From the NCBI GenBank assembly GCA_001244265.2, contig CDLV01000016.1:744001-808000 (forward strand): 64,000 bases of DNA, given 5' to 3'. The first letter of the stretch is position 1. Every line of letters begins with the position of its first letter. The translations under genes and the position numbers were made by a program. The notes below the pieces were generated by a model that saw only the letters and a list, made by a program, of their open reading frames with translations, was not told where the DNA came from and did not search any database. Below are positions 48,563-63,100 of this stretch, one piece after another. The stretch comes from Microbotryum violaceum (lineage: Eukaryota).

Positions 48563-51500
48563 ATGAGCGGTGTTGCCAAAGATCTGTCCGCAGCGGCAAC
48601 CCCGCTTCACAACTCGACCAACACGACCGGCACCAACATCTCGATCGCATCGTCCATTAGCAACCGCCGAGGCTCAGTTTCCACACCTTCCAAGCGACTC
48701 TCTGCGGCAGTTGTCGCAGCCCCCTCTGCGGATGACGTCCGGAAAACGTTCGGGCAGGAAACGGCAGCGCCCCCTCAGCAACTCACAGCGACAACAAACG
48801 CGTCAACCGATCGCCCAGTCAGCGCAGGCGCGGAGAACGACGTGACCATCTCGTCCTTCGATGCGATCGCCATGTCGGCCGCGCGTCGACCTCCACTCGA
48901 AGTTGGTCTTGGCCTTATGCTGGACCAGAGTTCCGTCACATCCGCGCGCACCTCTTTCGAAGTTGACTCCGCGGCACAACTCCCAACTTCGCCGCCTCTC
49001 TTGAGCACGCCTGCGCCCAACGCGTCATCACACGTGTCGGTCAAACCTTCTACTTCGACCGGTGGAAAAGCGGCGGCAGACGTGCGTCAACTACTGAGTG
49101 AACTTGGGATCGACGATGACGTTTCCGCGGCCCATAGCGTGGAGGAACGACCTCGGCCCAGCTCGACGCCCTCACCGACGAATCGTGCTGCTGGCCCACC
49201 TGGGTGGAACAACTCCGCCGCATCGTCCGGCAGCAATTCACCGCCCGGGACGTCTGCGAGCGCGATGTCTTCGCTGTTAACACGGCGTGGTGATACTCTT
49301 CCTCGGCTCAGCACGGTCACTACGTCTTCTGGATCGACATCGTCGCCGCTTATGATTTTCACCGGGTCGCCCAACCCCCCGACGACGCCGCGTTCGTTCT
49401 CGCCCTCGTGCTCATCTCGAACGTCTGTGTCGCCAACCCCTTCGCCTACAGCGCATTCGACGTACGTGGTACCCGTCACTGCTCGAACACCGACGGCCTC
49501 CGCATCGGCATCGGGCACCTCTGGGCCTATGGCCCGCGTCGGGTCGGCCGTAGCCTCGGCGGCCATGGATCGGAATGCGTCCGGATCCAAGTCCCGGACC
49601 AGCGATGTACACTCGCGACACCAGAGCTTGACGTCAGCATGTGCGCCCGTTACGAGCTCTTACACCTCGACCACTCCAGATCTTGGCAGCGGCCTACTAG
49701 CTACCCTCAGCCCTGCTAACGGTGCCCTCTCCAGTGCAAGCGCGTACCCAGCATCACCGACGACCTCGCAGCGGGGATGGAAGGTCTACGACTGGGGCTC
49801 GGGGTCATCAAAAGAAAAGGACGTGTTCTCTTCCCCCACAAGGACCAACGATGAAAACCCCCGCAAGGGCGCCAAGGGCGCGCCGGGACATCCTTCCCGA
49901 ACCGAACAGCTCGTTGCGCTCCCATCCACGCTGCTCGGCCTTTTCTTGGCCCCCCTGTACGGCTCACCGCGCGACCATGCTCACTACTCTCCGACTCTGA
50001 ACGCGAGCACTATGCCGACGGCAAAGGCAAAGCGACAGCCTCTGCTACTGCGAACACTTCTGCTCGCCTATCTCGTGTTCTCGACCGTCTTTTTCGGCCT
50101 GCACCTTGCCTCAGTCATCACCGGCCGTCCATCACAACCGCCCAAACGTTTAGGGCCCCGTGGCGACGAAGTCAGGGGCCTGCAAGTGCCTCTCGGCAGC
50201 CGCGAGCTTCCCCTCGCTGGAGCAGGAAAGTTCGTGCTCGGTAAAGTCGGCGCCGAATGGGCCCAGAAGGTCGCCGAGGGTGTCAGGTGGGGCAAGATGG
50301 CTATCGTCCCCGCACCAAATGTGCCCCTCGATGCCATGGCGGACATCTCGCCCGAGTCCTCACCTTTTTATACTGTCCGTCGAGTCGGCAGCGGTGGTAA
50401 GCTTCCTTTCCACTTGCGTAGTGCACACCCTCTGAGTCTTGCCGTGGCTGACCCCGGACTTGACGATTAGCAATCGCAAATCGACGACCCGAGGATAACC
50501 CGTTGACATCATTGACACACACGTACCGATTCGCGAAAATGCACGAGAAGATACATATGGATCAACACGATGAGATCGTTCCCTACGCGTTCAGAGCAAC
50601 AGGAGTTCCCAACACTCAAGATGTTACAGCCGCGCTGTACTCGAATGAGGCCTGGCTCTCCGTTTTGCCGGCATTCGTTGAGGCCTGGAATGGGCCCGTG
50701 TCGCTTGTGTTTGAGACGGCGCATTCCAGAACCTCAAGCCTTCGGTCGGACTTGATGAAGAAGCTCGCTGCCCTACGACAGTCGAACGACTTGGTCCGCA
50801 AATACGTCGACATCCACATCATAGGGGCCCCAGTCGGCACGAGTGAGCACATGCTGAATCGTTGCCGGGAGCGTATGATCGAACGACCCCTGGCCCGCAA
50901 CTTCCACCTCAACCTGGGCCGATTTCTCGCACCGACGGAAATGGTGTTTTTAGTGGGTGACGCACGTATCACACCAAGCCCCGGGCTGAACCGTCGACTC
51001 AACGGCGCAACTGTGCGTGATTTGGTTTTGTCCCGCGGTGATGCTGTCGTGGTGGCATCATTCGCTTTCGTTCGTGATCCTTACAACGACCCGAAGACGT
51101 TCAATCGACCATCTTTGCACCAACTGCGAGCACAATTGGGACTGCCTGCTTCAAGCAAATGGGCTGGAGTCGCGCACGAAGAGTTTAATGCTCTCGCTGC
51201 AGAACACATTCAGATGCTCGAGTCGACCTTGCCTCTCGCGCGTGCAGAGTGGCCGACCAAGAAGGCCTCGCTCGTGACGCTTGTCAATACACGTTCAGGC
51301 TCACCGTCAAATCCGACTACGGCACGCATGGCTCTGTTCGATCGCAGGTGGGATCCCAACCACGGGCCGACCAACTGGTACCTGTGGCGCAAATCGGCTA
51401 CGGACGCTCGCCTTCTCGAGAAACCCGAGTCGGGCGGCGGTGTCGGCCTCGGCGTGGGTGGTCGTGTTGGGGGAGGTAACGATGTTTACCGCGTCCTCGA

Positions 51501-51953
51501 CTACGACCTCCATTTCGCGCCTTTCGTCGTCGTCTCCAAAAAGGGCCAGCCGTGGTGCACCGAGCGCTTTGAAGAGATGCCCGCTGCTTGCGTCTATCAA
51601 ATGTACCTGGCGGGTGCAGAGATGTGGGTCTTGCCTGATGAATGGGTCTTCACCAAGGAGATGATCGAGAAGCGAGCCGACTCGCAAAACGAGGACCCCG
51701 CGGAGAAGCTCAAGAACTCGATTTCGTCGCGCTTGTACGGCAAGTTTCATCAAGAAGCCTGCATGCACTACGGTCGTGAATTTCTCTCCCTTTCGATGTG
51801 GGATTCAGAAAAAGCGCAGAATTGCCGCAAGACTTGCGCGAGGGTGAGTCAAAGAAGAGATCTGGTCTCGGGAGCCTCATGATGTCTTGTTGCTGACCTG
51901 CTCATGGACACCTGCACTCTCAGACGTACGCATCCTGGGGGCTGGGGCACTGA
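48563..51953 (+). CDS. GT49 (LARGE/B4GAT1-like) glycosyltransferase with long Ser/Pro/Thr-rich N-terminus and one TM helix
   Basis: TM LLLRTLLLAYLVFSTVFFG; WNGPVSLV, ARNFHLNLGRFLAPTEMVFLVGD, PFVVVSKKGQPWCTERF, ACVYQMYLAGAEMWVLPDEW. Confidence 0.75.
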
Positions 51954-52445
51954 CTGCTTTGCGAAGACCGACGCCTTATGTTACCTGGCTCTCTTGCTCG
52001 TATGAGGCTTGAACCGCTTCTGTATTGTACCTTATCGTTCGCTCGCTCCCTCGTTCGACAACCTCCGTCATGCTACCCCAAATAGAACTTTCTGGCGCGC
52101 ATCGCAACTTCGTTTCTTCTTCTTTTCAAAAGCTCTCGCGCAGTCACGTAAAGTGGGGATAAATGCAATAACCCTCCCATATCCAGGTTTTGCTTCGTCT
52201 GACTTTTCCCCGCACCGCACCTCGCACAGCACAAAAAATCTACGGCGGGGCCCATCATCCGTTTGTTCTGGTCGCTCCCCCTAATCCAGAGCTTTACGTG
52301 TGTTAATTGCACTGCTGTTCTATTCCGAGTAGCCGTTTTCGACGTCTAAGTTAGATGAGAGCACATCAAGATCCTCGAGACCTCTCCAGCCGAGTCGGCT
52401 ACGGAACGTATCAAGCGGTGTGGCATTGTTGCACCTCCGTTGCTT

Positions 52446-54701
52446 TCACGACGCCTTCACCCAAGCTTGTTCAAGGTAGCCAGCATCCTCCTCGTCCAAG
52501 CTGACGACTCTCCACCCTCGCACGAGCCTGTTCATCAAGCTGCCAAAGAAGAGCGCGATGATCGTGCTGGTCAAGATGATGACGTTGTAAGGCATGCTGA
52601 AATCGGGCGTCGGCAGGCTGAGCAAGGTCGAGCTCGTGTGCAAGCGCATCCACTCGCCGCGGGCACGCAGAGCGCTCGGTCCTCTGAGTATCTCGGTCGA
52701 AAACGAATTGGACGGGCTGAGAAGGACGACGCTGGCCCCAAGGATTTCGAAGCCTCTGTGTGCGTCAGACGGGTACTCGGTGTACCATAGGTAGGACGAT
52801 TCATACGCCATCATCAAGCGTGTGGTCGAGCGAGGTGGCAAGCGCAACAAGGCCTGCAAAGTCGTCGCCCGCGACCGCGCGATGGGAGGAGTATAGTCAA
52901 GGGAAAGTACGACTTCGTCTGTGAGATCCGCCCAGTCGGAATGGGTGCTCGAAGTCGCGCACAGCGTTGAAACGAAGGCTCGCAGCCACCAGGGCCAGGT
53001 CTCGATCCAAATAACGTCGGCGTTCGAATCAAGATTGTTGATGAGCTCGATCCCTATCCGACCGCGCTCTTGCCCACTTCCGTGTAACAAACGACGCACG
53101 ATGAGGGGCGTCAATTCAGGACTTGAAGTTGGCACTGCGTAAGGTGCCAAGAATCAATTAGCTTTTTTGAGGCGGCGCAGCTCGTTAAGACTGTATTTCC
53201 GCTCACCGTGCTCAAACACGTTGACATCGGGCCAGTCGACTACGATATTCAGAGTCTCGTTGACTTTTTTCAGTTGCGTGGAACGTCAGTGAAGCTCGTT
53301 CCCGCTCAGTTAAACACCGGGCATGCTCACCTTGCTTCGTGTCCCACTGGACAACGTCTTTGCTGTCGACTTGAACGATCGTTCGCCCATGCGACGACGG
53401 CTCAATTCGGAATGGGTTGATCGAGTCGGTCGGTATCGCGACCTGTACTGATGATTCTGTGGCCACGGGGCAAGCTTTCTGAAGTGTACGGTCATACAAG
53501 GACTCGAACGAGAAATCTGCCGAGAACGAGTAATTCGAGTCGAGCTTAGTGGCAGGGATCTGGATCGGCGATGCCATAGGACTGTGCCACACCTCTTCGT
53601 CCGAGAAAGCCCTTGAGGCGGTCCTGTCGTATCGGGTCGGCAACTGTTCCCACTTGCAGTTGTATTGAGTTCGCTTGGCCATCGCGCAAGACATGTACTC
53701 CCAGCAAGGTCCAGTCGCTATCGAACAGGCGATGCGGGTTCAGCAGCGACGAAAGCCCGGCGTAGGAGGCGCACGGAAGGAGGGAGAGAAAAGGCGTCAA
53801 GGACTCCGTGCAAGTCGCAGAGAGTCGAGGCATCGTAGCCCGATAGAGTCGGTGTTCTAAGGGGAGAGAGACACGCAAAAACGAACAGGTCGTGAGGGAT
53901 CAGCCGAGGCGCGACATACATTGGAAAGTCGTCTTCAGGAGAGGCGACTAGTTCGGGAACCAGGTTTTCCACGTTTGGCTTGTGGTACACTCGTCTCCAG
54001 CCTTGCAAAGGAAGACTAGTCGAATCTACGCTTCTTCCCCCGACTCACCTCGCTCATCGGCACTGCCTCCAAGCACGATCCCCCACAACGGTCGGCTCTC
54101 CGCCGCACTGATGCCGCTTATCACGCCCGTACAGAACATTCCACCGAGCGCGTTCTTGAAGTCGTCCCAGCGTTGTTCCTCGTCCCTGGGGCTTTCTCCC
54201 TCGAGCAATTCGAGCCAGGCGACGAGCTGAATCCCCGACACCGCGGTCGATCGGGTCGGCCAAGACGAGTCCCAGCGACCCGAAGAGAGTGTCAGGTCGA
54301 ATGAGGTGACCCGGTAATGATGTGCCAGCGCTGTGAGCTCCGGTGGGAGGAGTGTGTGGTGGTGTGCTGCATCGGCGAGCCGATCCGGAAGGGTGAGAGT
54401 ATGTTGGATAAGTCAACTGTCCCACTGGAAGGGTAGGCATGATGAGGTGATGGGAACCAGGGGGCGTCTGGCGATGAGACTGACTCTTGGAATTCGGACC
54501 TAGCCGATCACCGGCATCTCTCCAGCGAGCCGCGGTGAAGGTGAAGTTGAAATGCGAGTGTAGCTTGCCATCGCGGAGAGGGGTTAGTCGCAGCGATTCG
54601 CCGTAGATTTCACGTGGGGGGGGGCCGGACGAGCTCGCTCCCGGGATCAGCAACGGCAACAACAGCACGAGCAGCGCGTGAGGAAGCGATGCCCAGTGCA
54701 T
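52446..54701 (-). CDS. GPI16: GPI transamidase subunit Gpi16/PIG-T (multi-exon)
   Basis: Signal peptide, ESLRLTPLRDGKLHSHFNF, CTESLTPFLSLLPC...GLSSLLNPHRLFD, YLWYTEYPSDAHRGF, LLSLPTPDFSMPYNVIILTST. Confidence 0.93.
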
Positions 54702-55829
54702 CTCTGGCTTGTCGGTGGGAAGGTCCTGTGCTCAGTCGGAGCTGGGCCCCGAACAGGAGCAGGAGACGAGCTCAAGCCAAGCCCGGGACATCTAGAACTC
54801 CAAGCTCCTTCCACGACGAGGCCGGGCGACGCGAGGCTATGGGCCGCCGTTTGGGCAACAAATGGTTCTGCGCGCGCGTCGCCTCCGCGCGATGAAAAGC
54901 TCGGATATGCGCGCGCCGCCGAACGTTTCTGCGCACCCGCGCCTCGTCGAGCCTCGTCTCCGGTCGTTCATGCCATGAATGCATGAACGTTTAACGTTCA
55001 TAACGTTCATGCGCGACTCCTGCAGCAGCGCGCGGACTCATGCGGCCGCCTTCTTATACACACGAGTCGCCGTCCCTACATCAACCTTGTCCAATTTTCC
55101 CCGTTTTCGTAACGACTCTGGTTCACTCAACAGCCTTTCACTTACCATCATGAGAAAGTTAGATGGCGTCATTCCGACTTGGGAGAGGGCATTGGCCGCC
55201 AACTCGAAGGGTACAAGTAGTAAGCCCGAGCTTGAATTTGAAGTTGCTCCAGCTCAGTAGCTTGAGTTGTGCTAACGCCAGATCAGCGGCGAAGTCCGAT
55301 GCATGAACTGACTGAAAGCGTCGTTGCGGGCCGAGATACCTGCTTGGAAGGCCTCAGTCTACCGAAGGGAAGCATTTTGGACAAGTAACTACGTAATCGG
55401 GCTCGGTCGTCGGGTAATTGTGATAATAGTCCCACTCGAAGAGCCCGGTAAGGCCGGTGCGGGGCTAAACTCTGACCTCGTCTCAAACCCTCCCCGCGGC
55501 AGAATAGGCTTTAGGTCCCTGGGGCTAAAGGCTCATCCAGAAATCTAGGGACCGAGCACAGAAGGGACACCAGGACGACAACAGCAAAGAATCGCCACAT
55601 GGAAAAAAGGGCACTCCTCTGCCGAAAATCAAGAGTTTGCCGAATCGGCTGTGAGCGACGGGCCGACGCCGGCTGGATACTATGGCGCTGGGGGCTCGGT
55701 CGGAGTCGACGCGGTGGCCGAAAGCCGGGAAAAAAGGCCACTCATACGCAATTGGGCTCCAGGCTCAAGCCTGACACTGTCGAGTTTACCCGACTGAAAG
55801 TACTCCGGGACCACTCGACAATCAAGCTG

Positions 55830-58758
55830 ATGGAGGTGACCCGAGAGCCACATGACCTAGCCAGTCTCATGGTAGATCCTAGAGCTCGGGCCCCTGACTC
55901 ATCGACGACGACCCCGCCGCTCAGCACGGGGACCGCTGGGGCTCAAACCATTGATCATAATCGTTCGCCCTCGACGAGTAGTAGCACGATCGCTTCCGAA
56001 GTCGGTCCGCAGAGGAAGAGGATCACTCGAGCGGTACGTTCTCCATTCACGGCGACGTCGCACCTCGCAGAGCCCACTCGGTCGGGGTAGCCTGGCTAAG
56101 CATGGACATACCACCCGGGAGCGGAACCTGATCGATGATCGCTGGCTGACTCGAGTGTCGCTTGCACTTTCGGCTCTTGGACGCAGTGTGATCAATGCAG
56201 CCACAGGCGCATCAAGTGCCTCAACGAAGGCGCAGAGGATTCGACGTGTTTCCCATGCGAGAAGGCACAGCTCGGATGCACCTACCTTAAAGTTCGTCCT
56301 CACGTGATCGCACGCGTCCAGCTGGTGCAGCGCGCAGCCCCGACTCGGAAACGCCGAAGAAGCAGGCCATTCTGCTAAACAGGCGAACTGATCCCAAGAT
56401 ATCCCACCCTCCCTTCACCCACCACCCAGGAGCCCAAACATCGAGGCCCAAAGAGGAAGAGGGTCGAGAGCCTGACACCATCGACATCAACGCATTCTGC
56501 CGCACCGCCTCCTATGGCGGCCGCCGCCCAGGTCAGTGCAAGCACTGTCCGGGCGGTCCTCACCTCGCAGGCGATGTTATGCCAAGTGACCACCGTTTGC
56601 GTGCCGTTCTGGCGGAAGCTGACATGGCCATGATGCAACAGTCACAGTTCCTTGGACAGTCCGCACATGCGATCGCTTCTACATCGCGCATCCCGCTCCC
56701 ATCTCGTGAGTTCAGCAAGCGCGGGAATAGCGGGTTTGGGCGTCGTGGGCTGGGCTGATTGGACGCTTGCGTTACAGACCATTCTGTCATCGCTGCGCCG
56801 CCTCAAGCCAATGGCGCGAACAACACCAACCCTTTCCCCTCCCACCTCTTGAATGCGGTCGGTGCTCCTGCGTCAGTACCCGAAGTTTCGACCGATCCCT
56901 CGAGCGAGCAACAGTCGGTCTACGATGCGCTGTCCTTGTTTACGGGGCCCCATAATCAAACTGTACCGAGCTACGGAGCCGACAACTACGCTTGGACGGA
57001 CTCTGCGATGCTCAAATTTGACTTCAACCTCCTATCGGCTCTAGTAGGTACCCAACAAATGAAGTTCTGGTCGTCATATCCCTTGCAGCCCTCGGCCCAA
57101 GACCCCTAAGCTGACTTCCCATTGTTTCCACTAACGCCGCAGGAACTCGGCCAGGACGAGTTGCGTGTAACCGAGCCGTTTGAAACAGATCACGAACATC
57201 TCTTCCACCACCCCTCGCGGATGACCACCGGCTCGACAAGTTTTGGCTCCGATGCAAACGCGCATCAGATCCGGTCTGCGAGCACGAGCTATCTGGGCAC
57301 CCCGACCCACTCGGCATCGTCGCCATCGACCTCCCTCCCACTCGACGAGCACATGCCCCACTACTTCACCGTCTACTTTGATCGGTTTTGGCAGCTGTTC
57401 CCCATTGTGAATCGCCAACGGCTGACCGCGCAGGTCCAGGCGAACGAGCACCGGCGACCGGGACCGATTGCGCAGCTCGTCTTGTCCATCGCGGCTCTTG
57501 TCGAGACGTCGGACTATTTGGAGAACTCGCCTCACGACGGAGACCCGATGAACACACGCGTCGGACCTGTGCTATCCTACGCCAGGACGACAGTGTTCTC
57601 GCCACTTCGTGAAGAGGATGTTCAACTCGACCAAGTCATCGCGGTGATGAACCTCTTTGTCGCCGAAGACATCCTTGGCAACCGTCGCGCGGGCTGGTAC
57701 CGTCTTCAGGAAGCCATCACGCTTGCGCAGGTGCTGCAACTAGACCAGATACCACAGCATGCCCGTGCTCTCGATGGAAGCGATCAGGCCGCCATCGAGG
57801 GCCTCAAAACGTTCTACATCCTCTTCATCTGCGAGCGCGCAACGTCAATGTTGCAGCGACTGCCGACGATTGTACACCGCCCTCTGCGACTACCCGACAA
57901 CGCATACCAACTGACTCAGCAGCGACTCTCAGCCCTTCCGCCTTCTTTGTTCAGTGGGTTCCCGATGCCGCATCTGCGCCTCTTCAGCTTGATCAACAGC
58001 CAGGTATTGAGTTGCTGGCACGGCACCTGCTCGGTCGCCCCGAATGGATGTACGGCCTGGTCCGTCGACAAGGCCTTAGCGCTGCAGCGAGACTTAGCGA
58101 ACGAGTTCACATCCGCACTCAACATGTACAGGAGCGCATTGAACGCGGTGCCTTCCACGAACGGGATTCAGAACGTCAATTTAGTCGTCACGACTGCCTG
58201 GCTTCGTGAGTAAGTCTTGCCTTTTCACGTACCACAATTCTTCGTGTGAGCGGCTGTGCGGATGCTGACGTTTGCAAAGTTATGGAACCGCAGCCGCTTC
58301 TGGAATATCTGCCAGGCGCACGGCCTCGTTCACAGAGATTCAGGCCCTGAACTCAGCCCCGCTTACCCCTTCAAGATCTTGCGCGAACTCGTCGACCTGT
58401 TTGATCACTTCAAATCATCAGACACCGACGCGGCACTCGATTGGGGGGCGAAATTGTACGACATGGCTATGACGGGTATCCGCATCGTCTCACAGGAGCA
58501 ACTCGTGATCACGCCCAAGTCGACGTCACCGAACTCGGTCAACGAGTCGATCCGGTCGCCGCTCAAGCAACAGCTTATGCCGATCCTGTTCAAGATTCTT
58601 GGATTACTCACCATGGTGTGTCTTCATATGAGTTGTGTCTTCCTTGTTCACAAAAAATGGGCACTAATTCGCATCCTCTGTGTGGTCTCTTACAGTACAA
58701 GCATGCCCAAGACAAACTCTTGCCGAACCTTGTGAAAGCTCTCGCCACCATCTCTTAG
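55830..58758 (+). CDS. Zn(II)2Cys6 transcription factor with fungal TF middle domain (multi-exon)
   Basis: RKRITRA|CDQCSHRRIKC...CFPCEKAQLGCTY; YFDRFWQLFPIV, WYRLQEAITLAQVLQL, FYILFICER. Confidence 0.88.
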
Positions 58759-58944
58759 TTCGGTCCTTGATGCGCGCACGCGCCTGTGTATCATGCAGGT
58801 TATCCCCTTCTCTATCGAATAAGTATAGCCATGAATGTTGTAACAAAACCGCTGTCCTGAGGAGAACCCTGGAAGTGTTTGGAAAACGCTAATTGGATTG
58901 CGCACGGTGACTAGCACCAACAGGTTTCCTCACCACCTCTTTCC

Positions 58945-60142
58945 TCATTCCTTGGCATCGACGGTCTTAGCGATGGCCCAGTTCAACCCTTCCTCGATCG
59001 GGGTCCACCAATCTGCACCCTCGGGCCAGAGCTTGGGGTTCCACTCGGTAAAGCCTGCTCGTGAGATATCGCTCAAGTCAATTGATTGCCGCCTGATGAG
59101 GCCCTCGCTCGCAACATCATCACTTACCATGCTCCGCGTTCTTTCCAATACCAACGCGAGTCTCGACGTCATGCTTCTTGAGCGCTTCGACCACATCATA
59201 GGAGTGTTGCACCGGGATTAACGAATCACCCTCGGCGGCGAGCATGAACGTCGGCGGGAACCAGGGGCCGAAAAAGTTGAGAAAGTTCGCGGCGGCAGGG
59301 TAAGGTGGGTTGCCCCAGAGGAACGAGTTGTGGCAGTTGTACTTGACGTCGCTGTTGACCCAGATGCAACGCGGGTGATCATCGGGGAGGGGCATCGAGC
59401 TAGAGATGTGGGCGCATTACCAGTCAAAGTCGAGCCACGATGGAGAAATCCTAGGAGCGCGGAGAAGGGACTGACTTGGTCTTGAACGAGCACGAGACGC
59501 GACCAACGAAGAGTTTCTGCACCGCCTTCCAGCCTTCGGGGTTGTCCTTGGCCAAGTTCTCCTCCAGAGCTGAGGTTGGGTTATCCTGGTAGCCATCCTT
59601 CAGGCATGCTGGGTACGCTGGCACAACCGCTCGGGGCTGGACGATCTTGGCCTCAAGGTGCTTCTTCAAGTTGTTATAGTTGTGCACATCGATAGGCTAT
59701 GTACGGGAGGGAGAAGGAACGGTCGATGAGACTCGTGGGCTAGTGAAACGTGGATGAGGCCCAAGACAGGAGCCCGACTCGATTACTTACAAGGCAGAGG
59801 GTGGAGGTTCCACCGGCACTTCCTCCAGCCGCAAATGCTCGCTTCACATCAAGGTTAGGAGCCGATTCGTTACTTTCTTTGGCCAAGACATCGTTGAGCT
59901 TCGTTTGGTAGAAGATGTAAGCGTCGAGTACGTCCTCTCGGCAGGCCGATTGCTTGACGCTGCAGGTCGGAGGTGAAGCATGTCTTCCTGAAAGGTCAGC
60001 AAAAGCGAGAGTTCCGGGTGAACATTCTCGTTGGAACGAACTTACTGCGGCGCTAGTCTATAGTCCGGAGAGAGCACGGCAAAACCCTTGCTCAGCAGGT
60101 AGCGAACTTGATGGTGCGCGAGATCCGAGCTTGAAGAGTCTA
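58945..60142 (-). pseudogene. Alpha/beta hydrolase (HSL-like), apparently 5'-damaged
   Basis: GFAVLSPDYRLAPQ, GGSAGG nucleophile elbow, FPPTFML...DSLIP, HG. An apparent frameshift lies near 60115 and no upstream HGGG exon or start was found. Confidence 0.6.
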
Positions 60143-63100
60143 ATGGAGCGAATACCAATGGTCGAATCCTGGGTAGAAGGTCATAGAGATCGCGCGAGGC
60201 GATGACTCGAGCAAGAGGAGGATAGGATCATGCAGGGTTTGACCGCGCGCGGGGTAAGGACGCCGCGATCGCACCGGGCTGCACCGGGCCGATCCCACGC
60301 GGTGCTGGTGACGGACGGCTCTCGTCTTGTCTTGGAACGCTGGTTAAGACACCGTCCAAGCCCAGCGAATCGATTCGCCGCTCGAGAGGGGCTCCCTTGG
60401 GTCCCCTCGTGACTGAGACCAAATGATGCAGCTGAATGCAATTGATCGGCTCGAAAAGTATTCAGCTAGTGGTATCAGTACGATCCTGCACAGAGAAAGA
60501 GGCGAGGAACTAAGAATCACGTGTGAGCTCGCGATCGACAGGTTCAATAATCCCGCCGCATTTCTGTAATTCACGACATCTTATAATGCACGGCATCTAT
60601 CGATACAGCGCACGGAACATTGCCATAATATTTACGCCTCATATCAATGGCACTGATCCAGCTCTTGCTGCAGTCATACAGAACTGGTCCCTGCCAGAGC
60701 TTGCAGTGGCACCTCGACTAGTAGTAGCAGCCCCGACTTCTCAGCGTCGCGTACCCCATAGTGATTGCGGTGCCATTGAAGGGTCTCGAATTCTTCTCAG
60801 TAGCACCGCCTGATCAGATACAAAAATATACTCAACCACTTTACCAAGCCAAGAAGCCTGCATCTAGGCTTCAGAGTCGCCGCTGGCGCAGTCATGGAAG
60901 CGACATTCTAGCTGCGGTTCCGACAAGGCCGGGTGTAAGGCGTCGCTCCGCCTACGCCTCACGACGACCTCAAGCCAACCTCAGCGGCCTCACGCTTACC
61001 TTCGCGCGCGGCGCCGCAGCGTCTCTTGACCTTAGTTCTTATAGTAGTCTTTTTTCGCCTGCGAATTACACCGGCGTTTGATCCTTTCAGTTTGGACTCG
61101 GATTCAGTGAGGCTCGAGAGCGATCTCGTGCCTTTCACCGGGATTGGTACGGCGAGGCACAGCATGAATAAGGCCCTGGCTACCCAGAGTAGAAGGTGTG
61201 TCACTGACTGAAGCTGCTCACAGTAGCACGCCGCCGTCGTCCTATATAGGCTTATGACCACGTACTGGGCAAGCGGGACCTCAATGTCCGCCCGAGTTTA
61301 CACTAAACTGGCGCAGAATCGTCATCACTTAAAGACAGTATATATAGATGACCGGTGCTTGCCCCCTCGCGCGGTGGTAAAAGACACACACACTCCTCAA
61401 AGTTTATTCGAGTCGTCGGACCTTTCTCCCTTGGAAACCGTGCAACAAGCCTCTTCCTGCGAACCCACAGGAGTGCGCAGCAATTTTCTGGTTGAACGAC
61501 TTGCTTCGAGCTTCGTTCGCAATCGAGCGCCCGATTGGATTAAAGATATCTGAAAGTCACGTTAGTTTAATTATTGCAATGGAGTTTACTTTTGTACTTG
61601 GCCCCCAGGAAGAGTTATTGCTCTGCACCAATGGTCTTACCAGGGCTGCCTTTGTGCGACGATCGTCAACGTCCAAGCCGGAACGCCCAAGCGCGGGCTG
61701 CGCAGGCCGTGAACCTTGACCGGAACAATGATTTATCTAGCCTATCGGAGAAACACGGTCTTTCACGATATGGGGATTATCCTATAGTCCTCGCAAAGAT
61801 TCCTCTATATCCGCGCTCACAATGGCCGGTTCACCGAGATAGCGATCGGTTGTTAGTTGATTCACTGGTGCGCTTGATCAGAAATAGGGGCAGTACCTTG
61901 GTGTGTACTTATAATTGCAGTGTACTAGGTACCACATATCTCTTTCAGGAAAGCCTGCAAAAGATGCTCGAGACACTTTGCCGCAAACGACAATTCACCT
62001 GACAACACGCCGGCAACTGCGTTCTTTGTCCCTCCCACCCCCCTGTGAGCGGGTAAATGGAACGCTCAACGCTCACGGGTAATTGCGAACACGGATGCGA
62101 GCTTCCCAGCTTCGACGGTGGCCTCGTTATTCAATTCGGCTGTGGGGAGCATGGGAAAAATCGGGCTCTGCAGCACATTTTCAGGTCGGTAACTATGGAA
62201 TATTCAAAGTTTAGTATGTACGAGTGCACGATAGAGTGCCCCTAGAGGTGAGGTAAACCCGTTCTCGCGTTGGCAGACAGTCGTCGTGGGAGACCACCAA
62301 ACCCTGAGTCGTCCTTTAAGCGTTTTCACATTTACCCCCCTAGATAATATCAACCATGGCCGAGTTTGGTGTGGGAGCTCCACAGTCCGAGTGAGTGGGT
62401 CAGAGCCAGAGTCACAAGCTGCATATTTACGTTTACCCAGACGGATCAGCGACCTCTCCGTTCTCCCTCTTCTCTTCATTTCTCCATTCCTCCAAACTTC
62501 ACAAACATCACCCCCACCGTTTCTCCCTTGCCCGCATCTGCTGCATCCTACTACCACCCTTCGAGCTTCCCCGAAATCCCTCGTATCCCGCTTGCGCTCC
62601 TGGACATCGCCCTTCGGCGGGCACTCCCTTTCGATCCCATATCATCCTCGTCCTGTCAGGGTGAGCCACCTCACTGCGTATTGGCCTTGGCGGGCGCGGT
62701 AATTAGTACCCTTACGCACGGTCGTAGCCTCATGTTGATACGTGGCTTGACGATCATCTGTATCATCGAATTCGTCGCCACTGACGTCGCAACGACGGCG
62801 ACCTTCGTCTCGACCCCAAGCAGTGATCCGAACTATGGTATAGCAAAGCGGTCGATCAAAGATGTTATAAAATGATACGGGGAAACGATGGGAACGAGAC
62901 CGAAGACGAGAGAGACGAGAGATGAGAGATGTACCGCGACATCTTCATGTCGACCGTGCTCTCCAATGAGATCCAACTTGGCGAAAAGGGAGGTACAGTT
63001 GTCTGAGTATCCGAGGCTCTCTCACTTGGGATGTACTTACTGTACATTAAGCCGCATCAAAGCCACCTACAAGTGACCCAGTTCGTTTGTTGCGAAAACA

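Noticed and set aside
49087-49590. Long antisense ORFs (also 20629-21033 and 31245-31589)
   Set aside because: Shadow frames of GC-rich or repetitive coding sequence on the opposite strand.
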